64,000 nucleotides of DNA from an uncultured Planctomycetota bacterium (GTDB taxonomy: Bacteria > Planctomycetota > Planctomycetia > Isosphaerales > Isosphaeraceae): contig CAWJTV010000006.1 of assembly GCA_963845755.1 (NCBI GenBank), positions 1 to 64,000 of the forward strand, in the 5' to 3' direction. Positions 18,347 to 28,763 of this stretch are shown in pieces. The stretch's first letter is position 1; every line of letters begins with the position of its first letter. The notes below the pieces were generated by a model, which was not told the origin of the DNA, searched no databases, and saw nothing but the letters and a program-made list of their open reading frames with translations. The position numbers were made by a program, and so were the translations under genes.

Positions 18347-21277
18347 TCATCGAGTGAATGGGTCTGCCGGAAGGGTCAAGTCCAACAATAAGAGGTTGAA
18401 GTCCGAGCGCGAACGTATCGGATCTAGGGCATAGTCTGACTTCATGCGTGCGATGTCCATGAAGCCGCAGTGAACCGCACGTCGGATTAACTCGAATGCG
18501 CGGTCGGAGTATCTTCGTCGTTCCGACTGCTGCTCCAGCGTAAGGTCGACTCGCCCTCTGCCTACGAGAGGTATGCAGGAAGATAGACTTCGTGCGACAT
18601 CGTACAGCTCCGAAGGATCAGAGGGCCAGAGTTCTACACGATCCAGAGTGGCTCGTGAGGCTTCGGCAGGCCGCCCAAGCGTCCTGAGAATCTCCGCGAT
18701 CGTGGCGTAATTGTCGCTCAGGAACCGGCGGTGCTGTATTACCTGCGGTTTCTTTTCAAACGCTATCCGCGCGTGTGGCAGAGCAAGCTCGGCTTTGGCA
18801 AGTGCCTCATTCGGACGACCGTCCTTGGCGAGCCAAATTGCCGTGTTGTTCAGAACAGTTCCAAGGCGGCTATGGGCGTCGATATGATCTGGATCCTCGC
18901 GGAGAACCCGCTCCAAGAGACCTCTCGCCTTTTCGTACTTCTCCAGAGGATCGCCCTTACCTATGCCTCTTGCGAGGACATCGCCGATCTCGTAATAAAT
19001 CCCGGCGAGCCCACCGAGATGGTCCAGGGAATTGGGGTTGTTCCTCAACAAGCCCTCGCGGATCTGCCCGGCTTTCTCCAAGTCGTTGAGCGCCTGGGCA
19101 GACCGACCCACCTTGTCCTCGATACCTCCCATAACAGAGTAGCACGTTGAGAGCTGGCGGCGGTAGAAATCGACCGACGGGTTCTCGACTGCTAGCTTCT
19201 CGAACAGCACTCTTGCTTGGTCGAGCGACCGGAGGGCATCAGCATCCCGACCCTCTGCTCTTTGGAGAAGGCCGACCGAACCGAGGTGCGCTGCCAAATC
19301 ACTCTGGTAACTAGCGACGTCGGGATGTTGAGAGACGAGGTTTCCGAGGATGACCCGAGACCGTTCGAGGTAGCGGAATGCCTCCGGATACCGTCCCTTG
19401 GCTCGTTCGAGATCGGCTATCCTCTCGTAGATGTTGCCCGTTTGGGCTAGGGTTTCGACCTCGCCCGGGAATTCCCGCATCAATCGCTCATGTTCGTTGA
19501 GGGCCTCATGATATGCGTGAGCCGCGTCATCGGCGGTTCCGATACGCTGATATGCAAGGGCGATTCGGTACAGTGTGTCTGCATAGTCTTTTCGCAAACG
19601 AACGTCGAGGGGGTTAGCCCGAAGGATTTCACGCCGCAGTTCCATGGCTTGCCGATAAGCCTGAATCGCATCTGCCCCACTCCCGACGTCCAGCATGATC
19701 TTGCCGATTCCTTCGTAGGCTTCGACTAGAGTAGCTCTAGAATCAATATATATATTATTTGAATATTTATGAATATCATGAATTTTTTCATAGAATGAAA
19801 GCGAAGAACCCAGTAGTCTCTTCCTCAAAGATTCGAACTTGGGCTCGCGGAAGAGGATCTCCTCGCTGACTCCGGAGTGATAGCTCTTGACCACATCGAG
19901 GGCGAGGCGAAATTGGGCCTGTGCGAGTTCTTTTGCGTCACGCTCGCGCCGCCGCGAGAACGCCAACTTTTGGTTCGCATCCGCTTGTACCGCGAGGATG
20001 ACCATCAACCCAGCCAGGGTGACCGTCATCGCGGTGAACGCGATGCCAACGGTCGTTCGGTTATGCCTTGACCAACGGGCCAGACGAGTTAGCCACGGTT
20101 CTGGACAGGCGGCTACGGGCTCGTCGGCCATCCATTTTGCGATATCATCGGCCAGGGCGCGCGGGGAGGAATATCGGTCCTCGGGCCGTGCCGCCAGGGC
20201 CTTAAGGCAAATTGCCTGCAGCGCACCGGGCAGGCCCGGATTCTGCCGGCGCGGCGGGACGACCGCGGCTTCGCGCACCGCTCTCTGAAAGTTACCCCCC
20301 TGGAGCACCGCGTCGGCATAGGGCGACTTCCCGGTCAGGATCGCGTAGAGGATCAGCCCCAGATTGAAGACATCGCTGGCCGGGCTGGTGGGCTCGCCCC
20401 GGGCCTGCTCCGGGCTCATGTAGTGCGGGGTCCCCAGCACGGCGCCGGTGGCGGTCAGGGCCTCGGGCGACGGGCTCGGCGAGGGTGCGTCCCCATCGAC
20501 CTCGACGCCGGCGTCGTCCGTCCCGACCCGCTTGGCCAGGCCCCAGTCCATCACCAGCGTCTCGCCGTAGGGGCCGAGCATGATGTTCGACGGCTTCAGG
20601 TCGCGATGGATGACCCCCTGGTCGTGGGCATAGGCCATCGTGTTGCACACTGCGATGAACTGCTGGAGCAGGCCGCGAAAACTCAGGGCTCGCCGCCCGG
20701 AGTCGCGTCCCAAGGCTTCGTCTCCATGGAAGGCATCGATGGCCTCCTGGAGAGTCTGGCCTTCGATGAACGGCATGGTGTAGAAGGGTCCATCCTTGTC
20801 GTGCCCCAGGCCGTAGATCGGCACGATGCCGGGGTGTTGCAGCCTGGCGGTGATGGCGGCCTCGCGGAGGAACCGCCGCCGCGCCGTGTCGTGCAGTCGG
20901 TCGGGCCGGATCCGCTTGAGGGCCACCGTGCGGTCGAGTTCCTCCTGATGGGCGGCGAGCACTTCCCCCAGGCCGCCTCGCGCGTGGTAGCGTTGAGGCC
21001 GATAGACCGCCGCGGCATGCAGGTCATCCGGCAGCCGGCGATCGGGCCCCAAGCCGTCAGCACCCACGTCCCGCGGCGTTGCGGCCAAATGAGTCGGCTC
21101 GACATCGAGGACCGGCTCCAGGTCCCGGACGACTTCGATCCGACGCCGCAACTCGTCCACGAGTTCCGGGCAATCGGCGCACAACTCCCCGGCGGACACA
21201 TCGCGTCCCTGCCGGCGAAGCTCGTCCCACTGGAGCAGCAACTCGCCCAGCCGGTCCTCGGTCGGCACGATCGACAT
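18347..21277 (-). CDS. Ser/Thr protein kinase with TM helix and C-terminal TPR repeats
   Basis: GGLGEV, VALK, HRDLKPSN, DWG, GTPHYMSPEQ; TPR-like helices; GGAGG RBS before ATG 21277. Confidence 0.95.
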   Translation of the reverse strand: MSIVPTEDRLGELLLQWDELRRQGRDVSAGELCADCPELVDELRRRIEVVRDLEPVLDVEPTHLAATPRDVGADGLGPDRRLPDDLHAAAVYRPQRYHARGGLGEVLAAHQEELDRTVALKRIRPDRLHDTARRRFLREAAITARLQHPGIVPIYGLGHDKDGPFYTMPFIEGQTLQEAIDAFHGDEALGRDSGRRALSFRGLLQQFIAVCNTMAYAHDQGVIHRDLKPSNIMLGPYGETLVMDWGLAKRVGTDDAGVEVDGDAPSPSPSPEALTATGAVLGTPHYMSPEQARGEPTSPASDVFNLGLILYAILTGKSPYADAVLQGGNFQRAVREAAVVPPRRQNPGLPGALQAICLKALAARPEDRYSSPRALADDIAKWMADEPVAACPEPWLTRLARWSRHNRTTVGIAFTAMTVTLAGLMVILAVQADANQKLAFSRRRERDAKELAQAQFRLALDVVKSYHSGVSEEILFREPKFESLRKRLLGSSLSFYEKIHDIHKYSNNIYIDSRATLVEAYEGIGKIMLDVGSGADAIQAYRQAMELRREILRANPLDVRLRKDYADTLYRIALAYQRIGTADDAAHAYHEALNEHERLMREFPGEVETLAQTGNIYERIADLERAKGRYPEAFRYLERSRVILGNLVSQHPDVASYQSDLAAHLGSVGLLQRAEGRDADALRSLDQARVLFEKLAVENPSVDFYRRQLSTCYSVMGGIEDKVGRSAQALNDLEKAGQIREGLLRNNPNSLDHLGGLAGIYYEIGDVLARGIGKGDPLEKYEKARGLLERVLREDPDHIDAHSRLGTVLNNTAIWLAKDGRPNEALAKAELALPHARIAFEKKPQVIQHRRFLSDNYATIAEILRTLGRPAEASRATLDRVELWPSDPSELYDVARSLSSCIPLVGRGRVDLTLEQQSERRRYSDRAFELIRRAVHCGFMDIARMKSDYALDPIRSRSDFNLLLLDLTLPADPFTR

Positions 21278-21303
21278 CGGCGTCAGCCTCCTGGATCTCG
21301 CGG

Positions 21304-21924
21304 TCAGATGGGGAGTTGGCCGCCGAGGGCGTCGCCCAGCCGGACCCGCGCCGCCAGCCAGCGGCTGTTGACGGTCCGCTCGGTGACGCCCAGGATGGCG
21401 GCGGCCTCGACCTGGGTCAGCCCCTGGTACCACAGCAGGTCGAACAATTCACGGTCGGCCTCGCCCAAGGCGGCGACTGCGGCGTGGAACTCGGCCCACG
21501 CCGCCAGCCGCCCCGGGTCGTAGGTCGTCTCGGGTGCCTCCGCGGCCATCGCCACCCCGTCCGCGGAGTCGCCCCGGTCGCCGCGCGTGGCGTGGTGTGC
21601 CCCGAGCCCCCGCGGGCCCTGGTAGTGCCGGGCCAGGTCGATCAGCTCGCGGCGTACCTCGGCGGCGGCCAGGCGGAAGAAATCGCGGGCCGTAGGCGGG
21701 GTGACCGCCCGCAGGGCGCGGTCCAGGCGGATCAGGGCGTTCTGAGCCACGTCGTCGCCCTGCTCCCAGCGGGCGACGCCGGGGTAACCCTTGAGCATCT
21801 TGCGGGCCAGCCGCGCCAGCCGGTCGGCGGCGCAGTCCAGCAGCGCCGCGCGGGCCGATTCGTCGCCGGTGCGGAGGCGGTCGATGCAGCCCTGGATGAC
21901 GGTGGTGTGGTCCTCGTGGGCCAT
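21304..21924 (-). CDS. ECF sigma factor paired with the kinase
   Basis: 'DDVAQNALIRL', 'RELFDLLWYQGLTQVEAAAILGVTERTV'. Confidence 0.9.
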   Translation of the reverse strand: MAHEDHTTVIQGCIDRLRTGDESARAALLDCAADRLARLARKMLKGYPGVARWEQGDDVAQNALIRLDRALRAVTPPTARDFFRLAAAEVRRELIDLARHYQGPRGLGAHHATRGDRGDSADGVAMAAEAPETTYDPGRLAAWAEFHAAVAALGEADRELFDLLWYQGLTQVEAAAILGVTERTVNSRWLAARVRLGDALGGQLPI

Positions 21925-22178
21925 GGCCCGGTCCCCTCGCTCGGTCGCGCCAGCCTCGGCGATGCCGCCTGACCATACTCGTCGGCCGATTATAGCCCGA
22001 TGCGTGGCGGAACGCACGCATGGCGAGGAATTCTTTTGAATTCGGTTTCTGCCTCAAGGCGGGGCTCTCGCTCAACCAAGTAGAGGCACTCGACGGCCGT
22101 CAGGCGACGATGAGAGATCATCTCTCGGTGCCTGGACATCTTTCGGCATCCTGTCCCCGGATCCGAACTGGTTGAGGA

Positions 22179-23834
22179 ATGACCCCCATGAATCGGCGCC
22201 AACGCTTCGTGCCCTCGCTCCCCGAATCCCTGGAGCATCGTGTGGTGCTGAGTGGAACGCCCGCGGGAGTGGCCACCTGGATGACGGCCCACCCGGGGAC
22301 GATCTCCCTGGCTAAGCGGCAGACTGGCATCGTCGTGGCCCCGCTGTCAACCTTGACGCTTCACGGGAACTTCAGGCCGGGCAGCGAGATCGAGTTCGTC
22401 GCCAAGGCGGCTGGCAAGCACAAGTTCAAGGTCGTGATACAACCCATTTCAGTGGGGCCGAATTCGATCACTGTGCCGGTGCCGATCTACATCAACCCGA
22501 AGAATGGCGTGGCGGGACAGGGTCTGGTCAAGGTTGACGTACTGAGCCCATCCGGGCACAGAACAAGGCCGACCGTCAACATCAACAGCCTCTCGATCCA
22601 GAGCCTCCCAACAACCGGCCTCCCCCCAGGCACGCTCGTGAACGAAGTCCTTGGCGACATGAAGTCGGTGCTAGCAGATCAGGGAGCTGAGGCGCTCCAG
22701 ATCGCCCAGGCTTCGGGCAACCAGCTGAACGCATTGCCCTTTGTCGCGGACGTCATCACCCTCGGGCAATCGCTGAGCGAGGAGCAGCAGGACATTCAAT
22801 CGGTGATGGACGGCCAGACCGGCCAGATGGTCCTTGGAACGGTCGGCGGCCAACCCGTGATCATCAATTCCTCTTCGCTGGCGCTGATGGACCAGATGAT
22901 CGCCTCATCCCCGATCGGGTCGTACCTCCAAGGTCCGGGAGATGGCTCGGAGCTGCTAAACGTCGTCACGCAGAACATCACGGGTATGGAGAGCCAGTTC
23001 GTCGCCCAGGCCAATACCGAGGTCGGCACGTTCCGGGACGTGATGAACGAACTGGCGAGTCCCGCCGCCGCAATCGTCGGTTCGGTGGCCCTGGGACTAG
23101 GCACGCCCGAGGCCCTTGCCCTCGGCGCGGCGGCCGGGGCGCTGATCTGGGGCGTGACCACGTTCGCCGATCTGGGAATCATGACCAGCATCAGCGGAGG
23201 CTTCAACGAGCTGGTGAGCGGCAAGGCTTCGCCCAGCGACTTCTCATCCACAGTGATCGCGGCGGCTGGAGCGGCCGAGTCGGCCACCCTTTCACAGGCC
23301 CTGGGAGTACTGGGGGACGAGAGCTCTACGGGAGCCGGCAACATCCTCGCCAAGATGATCGACGAAACCCAGAGCGTGTCCCAGACCGTCTACGGCGACC
23401 ACGACATCCTCGGATTCGAGTCCGCTGCCTCTGGCATCCTGAACGCCATCGAGAGCGCGATCAACAATCCCTCGACCGGCGGTTCGGGAGGGGGTGGCAG
23501 CGGTTCGGGAGGGGGTGGCGGCGGTTCGGGAGGGGGCGGCGGCGGTTCGGGAGGAGGCGGCGGTTCGGGAGGAGGCGGCGGCGGTTCGGGAGGGGGCGGC
23601 GGCTCCGGCGGCGATTCTTACGTCTACTATGCGCTCTACCGATTCCCGGACACCGGCTTTGATTTCGAGACCCCCGACGAATCGACCCTCGACGCCGTGA
23701 TGCAAGATATTCAGCAAACCATGCAACTCGGGGAGGCGACTGGGGACCCGAACGAGATCCCCGCTGAATTCAAGATCTATAAACAGGATACTTCGACCGG
23801 CTCCAGCACGGAAATCGAAGATATCATGGAATGA
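22179..23834 (+). CDS. Secreted protein with planctomycete LEPR-xLL-type N-terminal motif
   Basis: 'RRQRFVPSLPESLEHRVVLS'; hydrophobic Gly/Ala segment; Gly-Ser linker before an acidic C-terminal domain. Confidence 0.8.
   Translation: MTPMNRRQRFVPSLPESLEHRVVLSGTPAGVATWMTAHPGTISLAKRQTGIVVAPLSTLTLHGNFRPGSEIEFVAKAAGKHKFKVVIQPISVGPNSITVPVPIYINPKNGVAGQGLVKVDVLSPSGHRTRPTVNINSLSIQSLPTTGLPPGTLVNEVLGDMKSVLADQGAEALQIAQASGNQLNALPFVADVITLGQSLSEEQQDIQSVMDGQTGQMVLGTVGGQPVIINSSSLALMDQMIASSPIGSYLQGPGDGSELLNVVTQNITGMESQFVAQANTEVGTFRDVMNELASPAAAIVGSVALGLGTPEALALGAAAGALIWGVTTFADLGIMTSISGGFNELVSGKASPSDFSSTVIAAAGAAESATLSQALGVLGDESSTGAGNILAKMIDETQSVSQTVYGDHDILGFESAASGILNAIESAINNPSTGGSGGGGSGSGGGGGGSGGGGGGSGGGGGSGGGGGGSGGGGGSGGDSYVYYALYRFPDTGFDFETPDESTLDAVMQDIQQTMQLGEATGDPNEIPAEFKIYKQDTSTGSSTEIEDIME
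23478..23612 (+). repeat. Coding tandem repeat (GGCGGTTCGGGAGG...) encoding a (GGGGS)n-like linker
   Basis: About seven imperfect 18-21 bp units. Confidence 0.85.
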
Positions 23835-24204
23835 TCTTATTACAACTGCGGAGGGATGGTCGGCCAATCGGATTCAGGGACTGGCCGCAGGCAAGTCCAT
23901 CGCAAACCCGCTCCCGGGTGGGGAACGCAAACGATCTCGCGGAGTAGACAGATTGATGCCCGGGCCGCTCGCGGCCGGGCGAACACGTCGTCGGTCAGGT
24001 CGGCGAGCCCCGGTTTTCTCTTCCAAGCACTCGCCAGTGCCGTCCTGCCCCAGCCTTCATGGAGCCGCACCACCCACCCCGCCACCGCGGCGAGTCGTTC
24101 CATAACGACCGCGGAGAATATCGGCGGCGAGGTCAAGGGTTGCTCACGAAACGGATGACGAACTCGGCCGATACGGTCAACGTCCCGATGGGGAGAGTCC
24201 TGCC

Positions 24205-27054
24205 ATGAGACCCATTCCGCGAATACGAACGCGTCACGAGAGACGAATCCGATTCCTTCGGCCCCGGGGAGAGGTCCTGGAGGCTCGGACCCTGCTGTCT
24301 CTCCCGGCCCTCTCGCCTGTCATCGCGCTCGACCCGTCGTTCGGTCAGGTCGATCTCAACGGGGTGGCGGTCGACTCCTCCGGTGATATCTTCATCACCG
24401 GGACCATCTATGGAAGTTCGATCAACCTTGATCCCGACGGGAGTTCCATCGTAGCGAGCGACCTCGTCAAAGGGTTCGTCGCCAAGTATTCTCCGCAGGG
24501 CGAGATCCTCTGGGATCAATCGTTCTCCGGCCCGTTTGGCCTCGGGGTGGGTAACGCCATCACGCTAGATGCCGAGGGTGACCCGATCGTCACTGGCAGC
24601 GAGGACTCGAGCATCTACATCGCCGAATTCAACGGGCAGACCGGACAGAACTCTTGGACCGACGTTTTCGGAGATTCGGCGCCCGACAGTGGGAACGCCA
24701 TCACCGTCAGCCCGTTCGGTTCGATTTTTATCACGGGTACGTTCAGCGACGCCTCGATCAGCTACCCGACGTCCGGCGTCCCGGCGCTCGTGAGGAAGGG
24801 AACGCAGGATGGCTTCATCATGGAGCTGAATACCGTTGGCGACCTGATCGCGGCGACCGACATCGGGGAACCGGGGTACTCGGGCGCAGGTCGCGGGATC
24901 GCGGTCGATTCGTCAGTTGACATCTACATCACAGGATACTACAGTTCGGCATCATCCGTGGGATCGCTCTTCGTCAGCAAATTCAACAGCTCCGGTACAC
25001 AGCTCTGGGTGGCAAACGACGCGTCCGGCTCATCCGCGGATAGTGGCAACGGGATCGCGCTGGACGGCCTCGGCGACGCCTACGTTGTGGGTACGGTGGC
25101 CGGGACCACCTCGTTCGGCGGGAACGTCGGCAGTCCGACGATCACCGACCCATCCGACCTCTTCCTCCTGAAGCTGAATGCTTCCGATGGAGAATCCCTC
25201 CAATTGCAGACCTTCGGCAGTTCGAAAGGTCCCAGTGAGGGGAATGCACTCGCGATCAGTGGCGGCACAGTCTACGTGACGGGATCGATTGATAGCCTTT
25301 TCAGTGGGGTCGAGTGGCTGGCCTTCGACGCCGCGACAGGGGCCGAGATTGCTAATCTGATTGAAGTGGCGGGGCCCAACTCCGCAGGAAGCTCGATCGC
25401 GGTGAACAGCTCCGGCAAGGTCGCATTGGCCGGAGAGTACACGGGGAACCTGACGCTCGGCGGCGACGACGGCATACTGCCGGCTCCTCCGTCGGGCCGC
25501 ATCGGCGCCTTCGTTGCCGCGAGCGGACTCGTTCCCCCGGTCGCGCAGGATGATTCATACTCGGTGGTCGGCGGTCAGACTCTGACGGTCACAGCGGCCG
25601 AGGGCGTCCTGTCGAACGACACAGCCCCAAATGGACTCACCCTCAGCGTGTCTTCTCACACAAATCCGTCGCGCGGCACCCTGGACCTGAACGCCGACGG
25701 GTCGTTCACCTACACCCCGTCCGGCGGTTTCAGCGGCCAGGATACGTTCACGTACACCATCGCCGACGGAACGGACCTGACCGCGACCGGCACCATCACC
25801 GTTCAACTGCCCCAGACGTCGACCCCCACGCTGACTTGGCCCGCCCCCGCGCCCATCACCTACGGAACCGCACTGAGCGGCACTCAACTCGATGCCACCG
25901 CCACATTCAACGGCGCGACGGTGCCCGGGTCATACGCCTACTCACCGCCGGAGGGCACGGTCCTGGATCCGGGCTCGCATACGCTCTCGGTGAAGTTCAC
26001 GCCGACGGACACGACCGATTATCAATCCGTCTCCGCTCAAACCACGATCATCGTCAGCGCGGCTCAGCCGACGGTCGCGACGGAGGCCGCCACGGCCGTC
26101 GCCCTCACGACCGCCACTCTCGAGGCAAGCGTCGAACCGGACGGGGAGGCGACGAACGTCACGTTCCTCTACGGCACCAGCCCGACCTTGTACACCGCCA
26201 TCCAGACCCCTGCGCAAGCCGTCGTCGGCGCCGCCGCCGTAGCTGTCGACGCGGAGCTGACCGGCCTCCAGGCCGGCACCACCTACTACTACGAGGCCGT
26301 CGCGACCACGTCAAACGGGACGTACGATGGGGCGATCCTCAGTTTCACCACCCCCGCCGTCCCCCCCGCCACGACGACCATGCTAGAGGTTTCTGTCAAC
26401 CCATCCACCGTCGGGCAGCCGGTCACATTCGCTGCCGTCGTCGGGACCTCGGCCAACCTCATCCCCACCGGAACGGTCACCCTGCTGATGGGAGGCGTCG
26501 CCCTCGCGACCGCCGGCCTCGGCGCCGGCGGGCAGGCCATTTTTTCCGTCTCGTCCCTCCCGCCGGGTATCGACGTAATCGCCGCGCGCTACTCTGGAGA
26601 CAGCAGCCTACAGGGCAGTACTTCCGATGCCGTGGCCGAGGTCATCCAACGCCCCACGCCGCCGCCCTCGCCGCCGCGCGTCGTGCAGGTGGAACCCCTC
26701 GTCGTCAACGTAATCAAAGGCAAAGGACGTCGCGCAAGGAGCGTCCCCGAGTTCGCCGGTTTCGAGATCATCTTCAACGAGGCCTTGAGCGTATCCAGCG
26801 CCCTGAGCCCGTCCAACTACCTGGTGAAACAGGCCGTGAGACGCGGCCGGAAGACGATCAACAAGCCGGTCGCGATCAACTTGCAATACAATCCCGCGGG
26901 CAGCGCCGTGGACCTGTTCGTCGTCGGTAAGCCCCGGTTCGCCAACGGCGGCCAGCTGAGCCTCAACGCTGCGGGAATCCTCGACCCCGCGGGCGAGGCC
27001 GTTGTCGGCCAGACCGTGTTCACGATCCTGGCCGGTGCCCGGGGGGTCGCTTGA
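24205..27054 (+). CDS. Secreted surface protein: LEPR-xLL motif, beta-propeller repeats, Ig-like/cadherin-like and Fn3-like domains
   Basis: 'GEVLEARTLLS'; repeats 'GIAVDSSVDIYITGY'; 'PVAQDDSY...GVLSND...LNADGSFTYTP'; 'LTGLQAGTTYYY'; 'NPSTVGQPVTF...ARYSGD'. Confidence 0.9.
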   Translation: MRPIPRIRTRHERRIRFLRPRGEVLEARTLLSLPALSPVIALDPSFGQVDLNGVAVDSSGDIFITGTIYGSSINLDPDGSSIVASDLVKGFVAKYSPQGEILWDQSFSGPFGLGVGNAITLDAEGDPIVTGSEDSSIYIAEFNGQTGQNSWTDVFGDSAPDSGNAITVSPFGSIFITGTFSDASISYPTSGVPALVRKGTQDGFIMELNTVGDLIAATDIGEPGYSGAGRGIAVDSSVDIYITGYYSSASSVGSLFVSKFNSSGTQLWVANDASGSSADSGNGIALDGLGDAYVVGTVAGTTSFGGNVGSPTITDPSDLFLLKLNASDGESLQLQTFGSSKGPSEGNALAISGGTVYVTGSIDSLFSGVEWLAFDAATGAEIANLIEVAGPNSAGSSIAVNSSGKVALAGEYTGNLTLGGDDGILPAPPSGRIGAFVAASGLVPPVAQDDSYSVVGGQTLTVTAAEGVLSNDTAPNGLTLSVSSHTNPSRGTLDLNADGSFTYTPSGGFSGQDTFTYTIADGTDLTATGTITVQLPQTSTPTLTWPAPAPITYGTALSGTQLDATATFNGATVPGSYAYSPPEGTVLDPGSHTLSVKFTPTDTTDYQSVSAQTTIIVSAAQPTVATEAATAVALTTATLEASVEPDGEATNVTFLYGTSPTLYTAIQTPAQAVVGAAAVAVDAELTGLQAGTTYYYEAVATTSNGTYDGAILSFTTPAVPPATTTMLEVSVNPSTVGQPVTFAAVVGTSANLIPTGTVTLLMGGVALATAGLGAGGQAIFSVSSLPPGIDVIAARYSGDSSLQGSTSDAVAEVIQRPTPPPSPPRVVQVEPLVVNVIKGKGRRARSVPEFAGFEIIFNEALSVSSALSPSNYLVKQAVRRGRKTINKPVAINLQYNPAGSAVDLFVVGKPRFANGGQLSLNAAGILDPAGEAVVGQTVFTILAGARGVA

Positions 27055-27579
27055 TGACCGGTCGTGTCCCTTCTTGCTGCCACGCTTCCACGGAGGTCGC
27101 CCCATACTCATTCGGCTTCCGGCCCTCCAGCCACCGTCTTCGTTCGTCCGCCACCGCCTCCGGCGGGGCAGGCCGAGGACCCCGTAGGTGGGGATGGAGC
27201 CGCTCGAATCGAGGGCGTACCGGCCCGTCTCTGCACGTTCGTGCAAGCCGACGCCGCGGCCGACGGGGCTGCCGGACCGCGCTTCGATGCGCACGTGGCG
27301 GGCCTAGCGACGCAAGCGTCGGCACGGCCCAACTGCCCAACGCCTCGTTCTCGCCGGGCGGAGGGGAGTCGAAGGCTCGGCTCAGTTCATCAGACCAGTT
27401 CAGCCGTAGCCCACCAGTCCATCGCCGCCATCGTAGTGAGGACGTCCATCCTGCCTGCGTGCTTCGGTCCTTTCGGCGAGGTCTCTCCCCATCCGGTACG
27501 CACTCGGGGCCGTTGAGAGTTGCGTCCCCAGGTACGCCGATCCCGGCAGGAAGGATTCCCGGAGCCGTGACGCAGGGGT

Positions 27580-27835
27580 TCACTGGCCCCTGGACCCAGT
27601 CAGCCGGATCTGGATGCGGCGCACCGCTACCTCGGCATCCTCCTCGCGCCGGTCGAAGTAGACCTCGGTGGTGCGAATGTCGCTGTGGCCCGCGAATTCG
27701 CGAACCTCGTGCATCGAAGCGCCGTTTCGGATGGCGTCGTTAATGGCGGTCTTGCGGAGCGAGTGGATGCCGATACCGCGCCCGCCCAGCCGATCGGGGT
27801 CGATCCCGGCGGCCCGGCAGTATTTCTTGACCAAG
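27580..27835 (-). pseudogene. Tyrosine recombinase C-terminal fragment, cut by group II intron 1
   Basis: Catalytic HSLR...GHSDIRTTEVY; similarity ends at 'LVKKY', where the intron starts. Confidence 0.8.
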
Positions 27836-28101
27836 GTGCTGCGCCGCATCGCGGCATGAATGATCCCCGAGCAACTCGGGAGGGGTTGAGCGTGATGCCC
27901 CTGGGTCACCAGACCTACCCGGACGCGAAAACGAAAGGGGACAACAGCATGTCTGGAAAGGCGGGATGCACTGAAACCATCAAGGTGCATGCCCGTCGAG
28001 ACCCGGATGACAAGGTGAAAGCTGAATTGCCTGAACCCGAGTGACCATTCAGTAAAAAGAACTGATCGGAGACGATGGTTTACCTCCGAGGTCTCCTTGA
28101 A

Positions 28102-28501
28102 CGCGGATTTCCGCGGGCCGAGAATTTAGTTAACCGTTTTACAGTTGTAGGGGAGAGTCAACAGCCTTGAACAAGCGGGAAAAGCCCCTTGCCACCCCTC
28201 GATTCGGCCTGAGAAGTTAATTATTTTCGAGCCGTTCGAGCCGTTCGGCCGCCGACTCAAAACGCGTTGTTGGAGCATCATACTCCTATGCTTCACGTGG
28301 CTGGGCTCACTTTTTCGCGATATTTTGGCCATCGAGCGCGGCAAGACGCATACCGATCGACCCACATAAATTCGTTGATGTTCGCCAAAAGGCGCGCGAA
28401 AATAGTTAACCTTTCACCGCCTCGAAAGGCCGTTTTTCCCGTGTTTCTGGGAGCTCGAGAGCCCGAAACATTAATTATTTTCCGCCCCGCGGAAATCCGC
28501 G
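28102..28501. mobile_element. 400-bp MITE
   Basis: Perfect 16-bp TIR CGCGGATTTCCGCGGG/CCCGCGGAAATCCGCG; 5-bp duplication TTGAA (28097-28101, 28502-28506); no credible ORF. Confidence 0.8.
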
Positions 28502-28763
28502 TTGAAATCAGCTCCGGCTGGTGGCTGATCTGAAGGAAGGCTGCGACAGGGCTGCGTTCCTCAAACGCTCCGGGAGACAAGGTTGAAATGATCAACCGCA
28601 AGGTCACGAACAGGGCACCTAAATCATCCTGAACGTCATTCATGCACGAAATGCGGGTGATTAGCGACAATTAGAATTCCCGCCCAGCGACAATCAGAAT
28701 TCCCGCCTCCTCTCGCTTGGTTGTTCACTACGTGGTTTCCTCCTCGGTCAGGAGGCAACCACC

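Noticed and set aside
23478..23612. CRISPR-like array
   Set aside because: No spacers; it is an in-frame Gly/Ser linker. No CRISPR array, tRNA or rRNA was recognised in the window.
17054..27241. Exact 16-bp direct repeat CGTCTCTGCACGTTCG (17054, 27226) as island att sites
   Set aside because: One 16-mer match in 64 kb is near chance expectation, and it does not extend.
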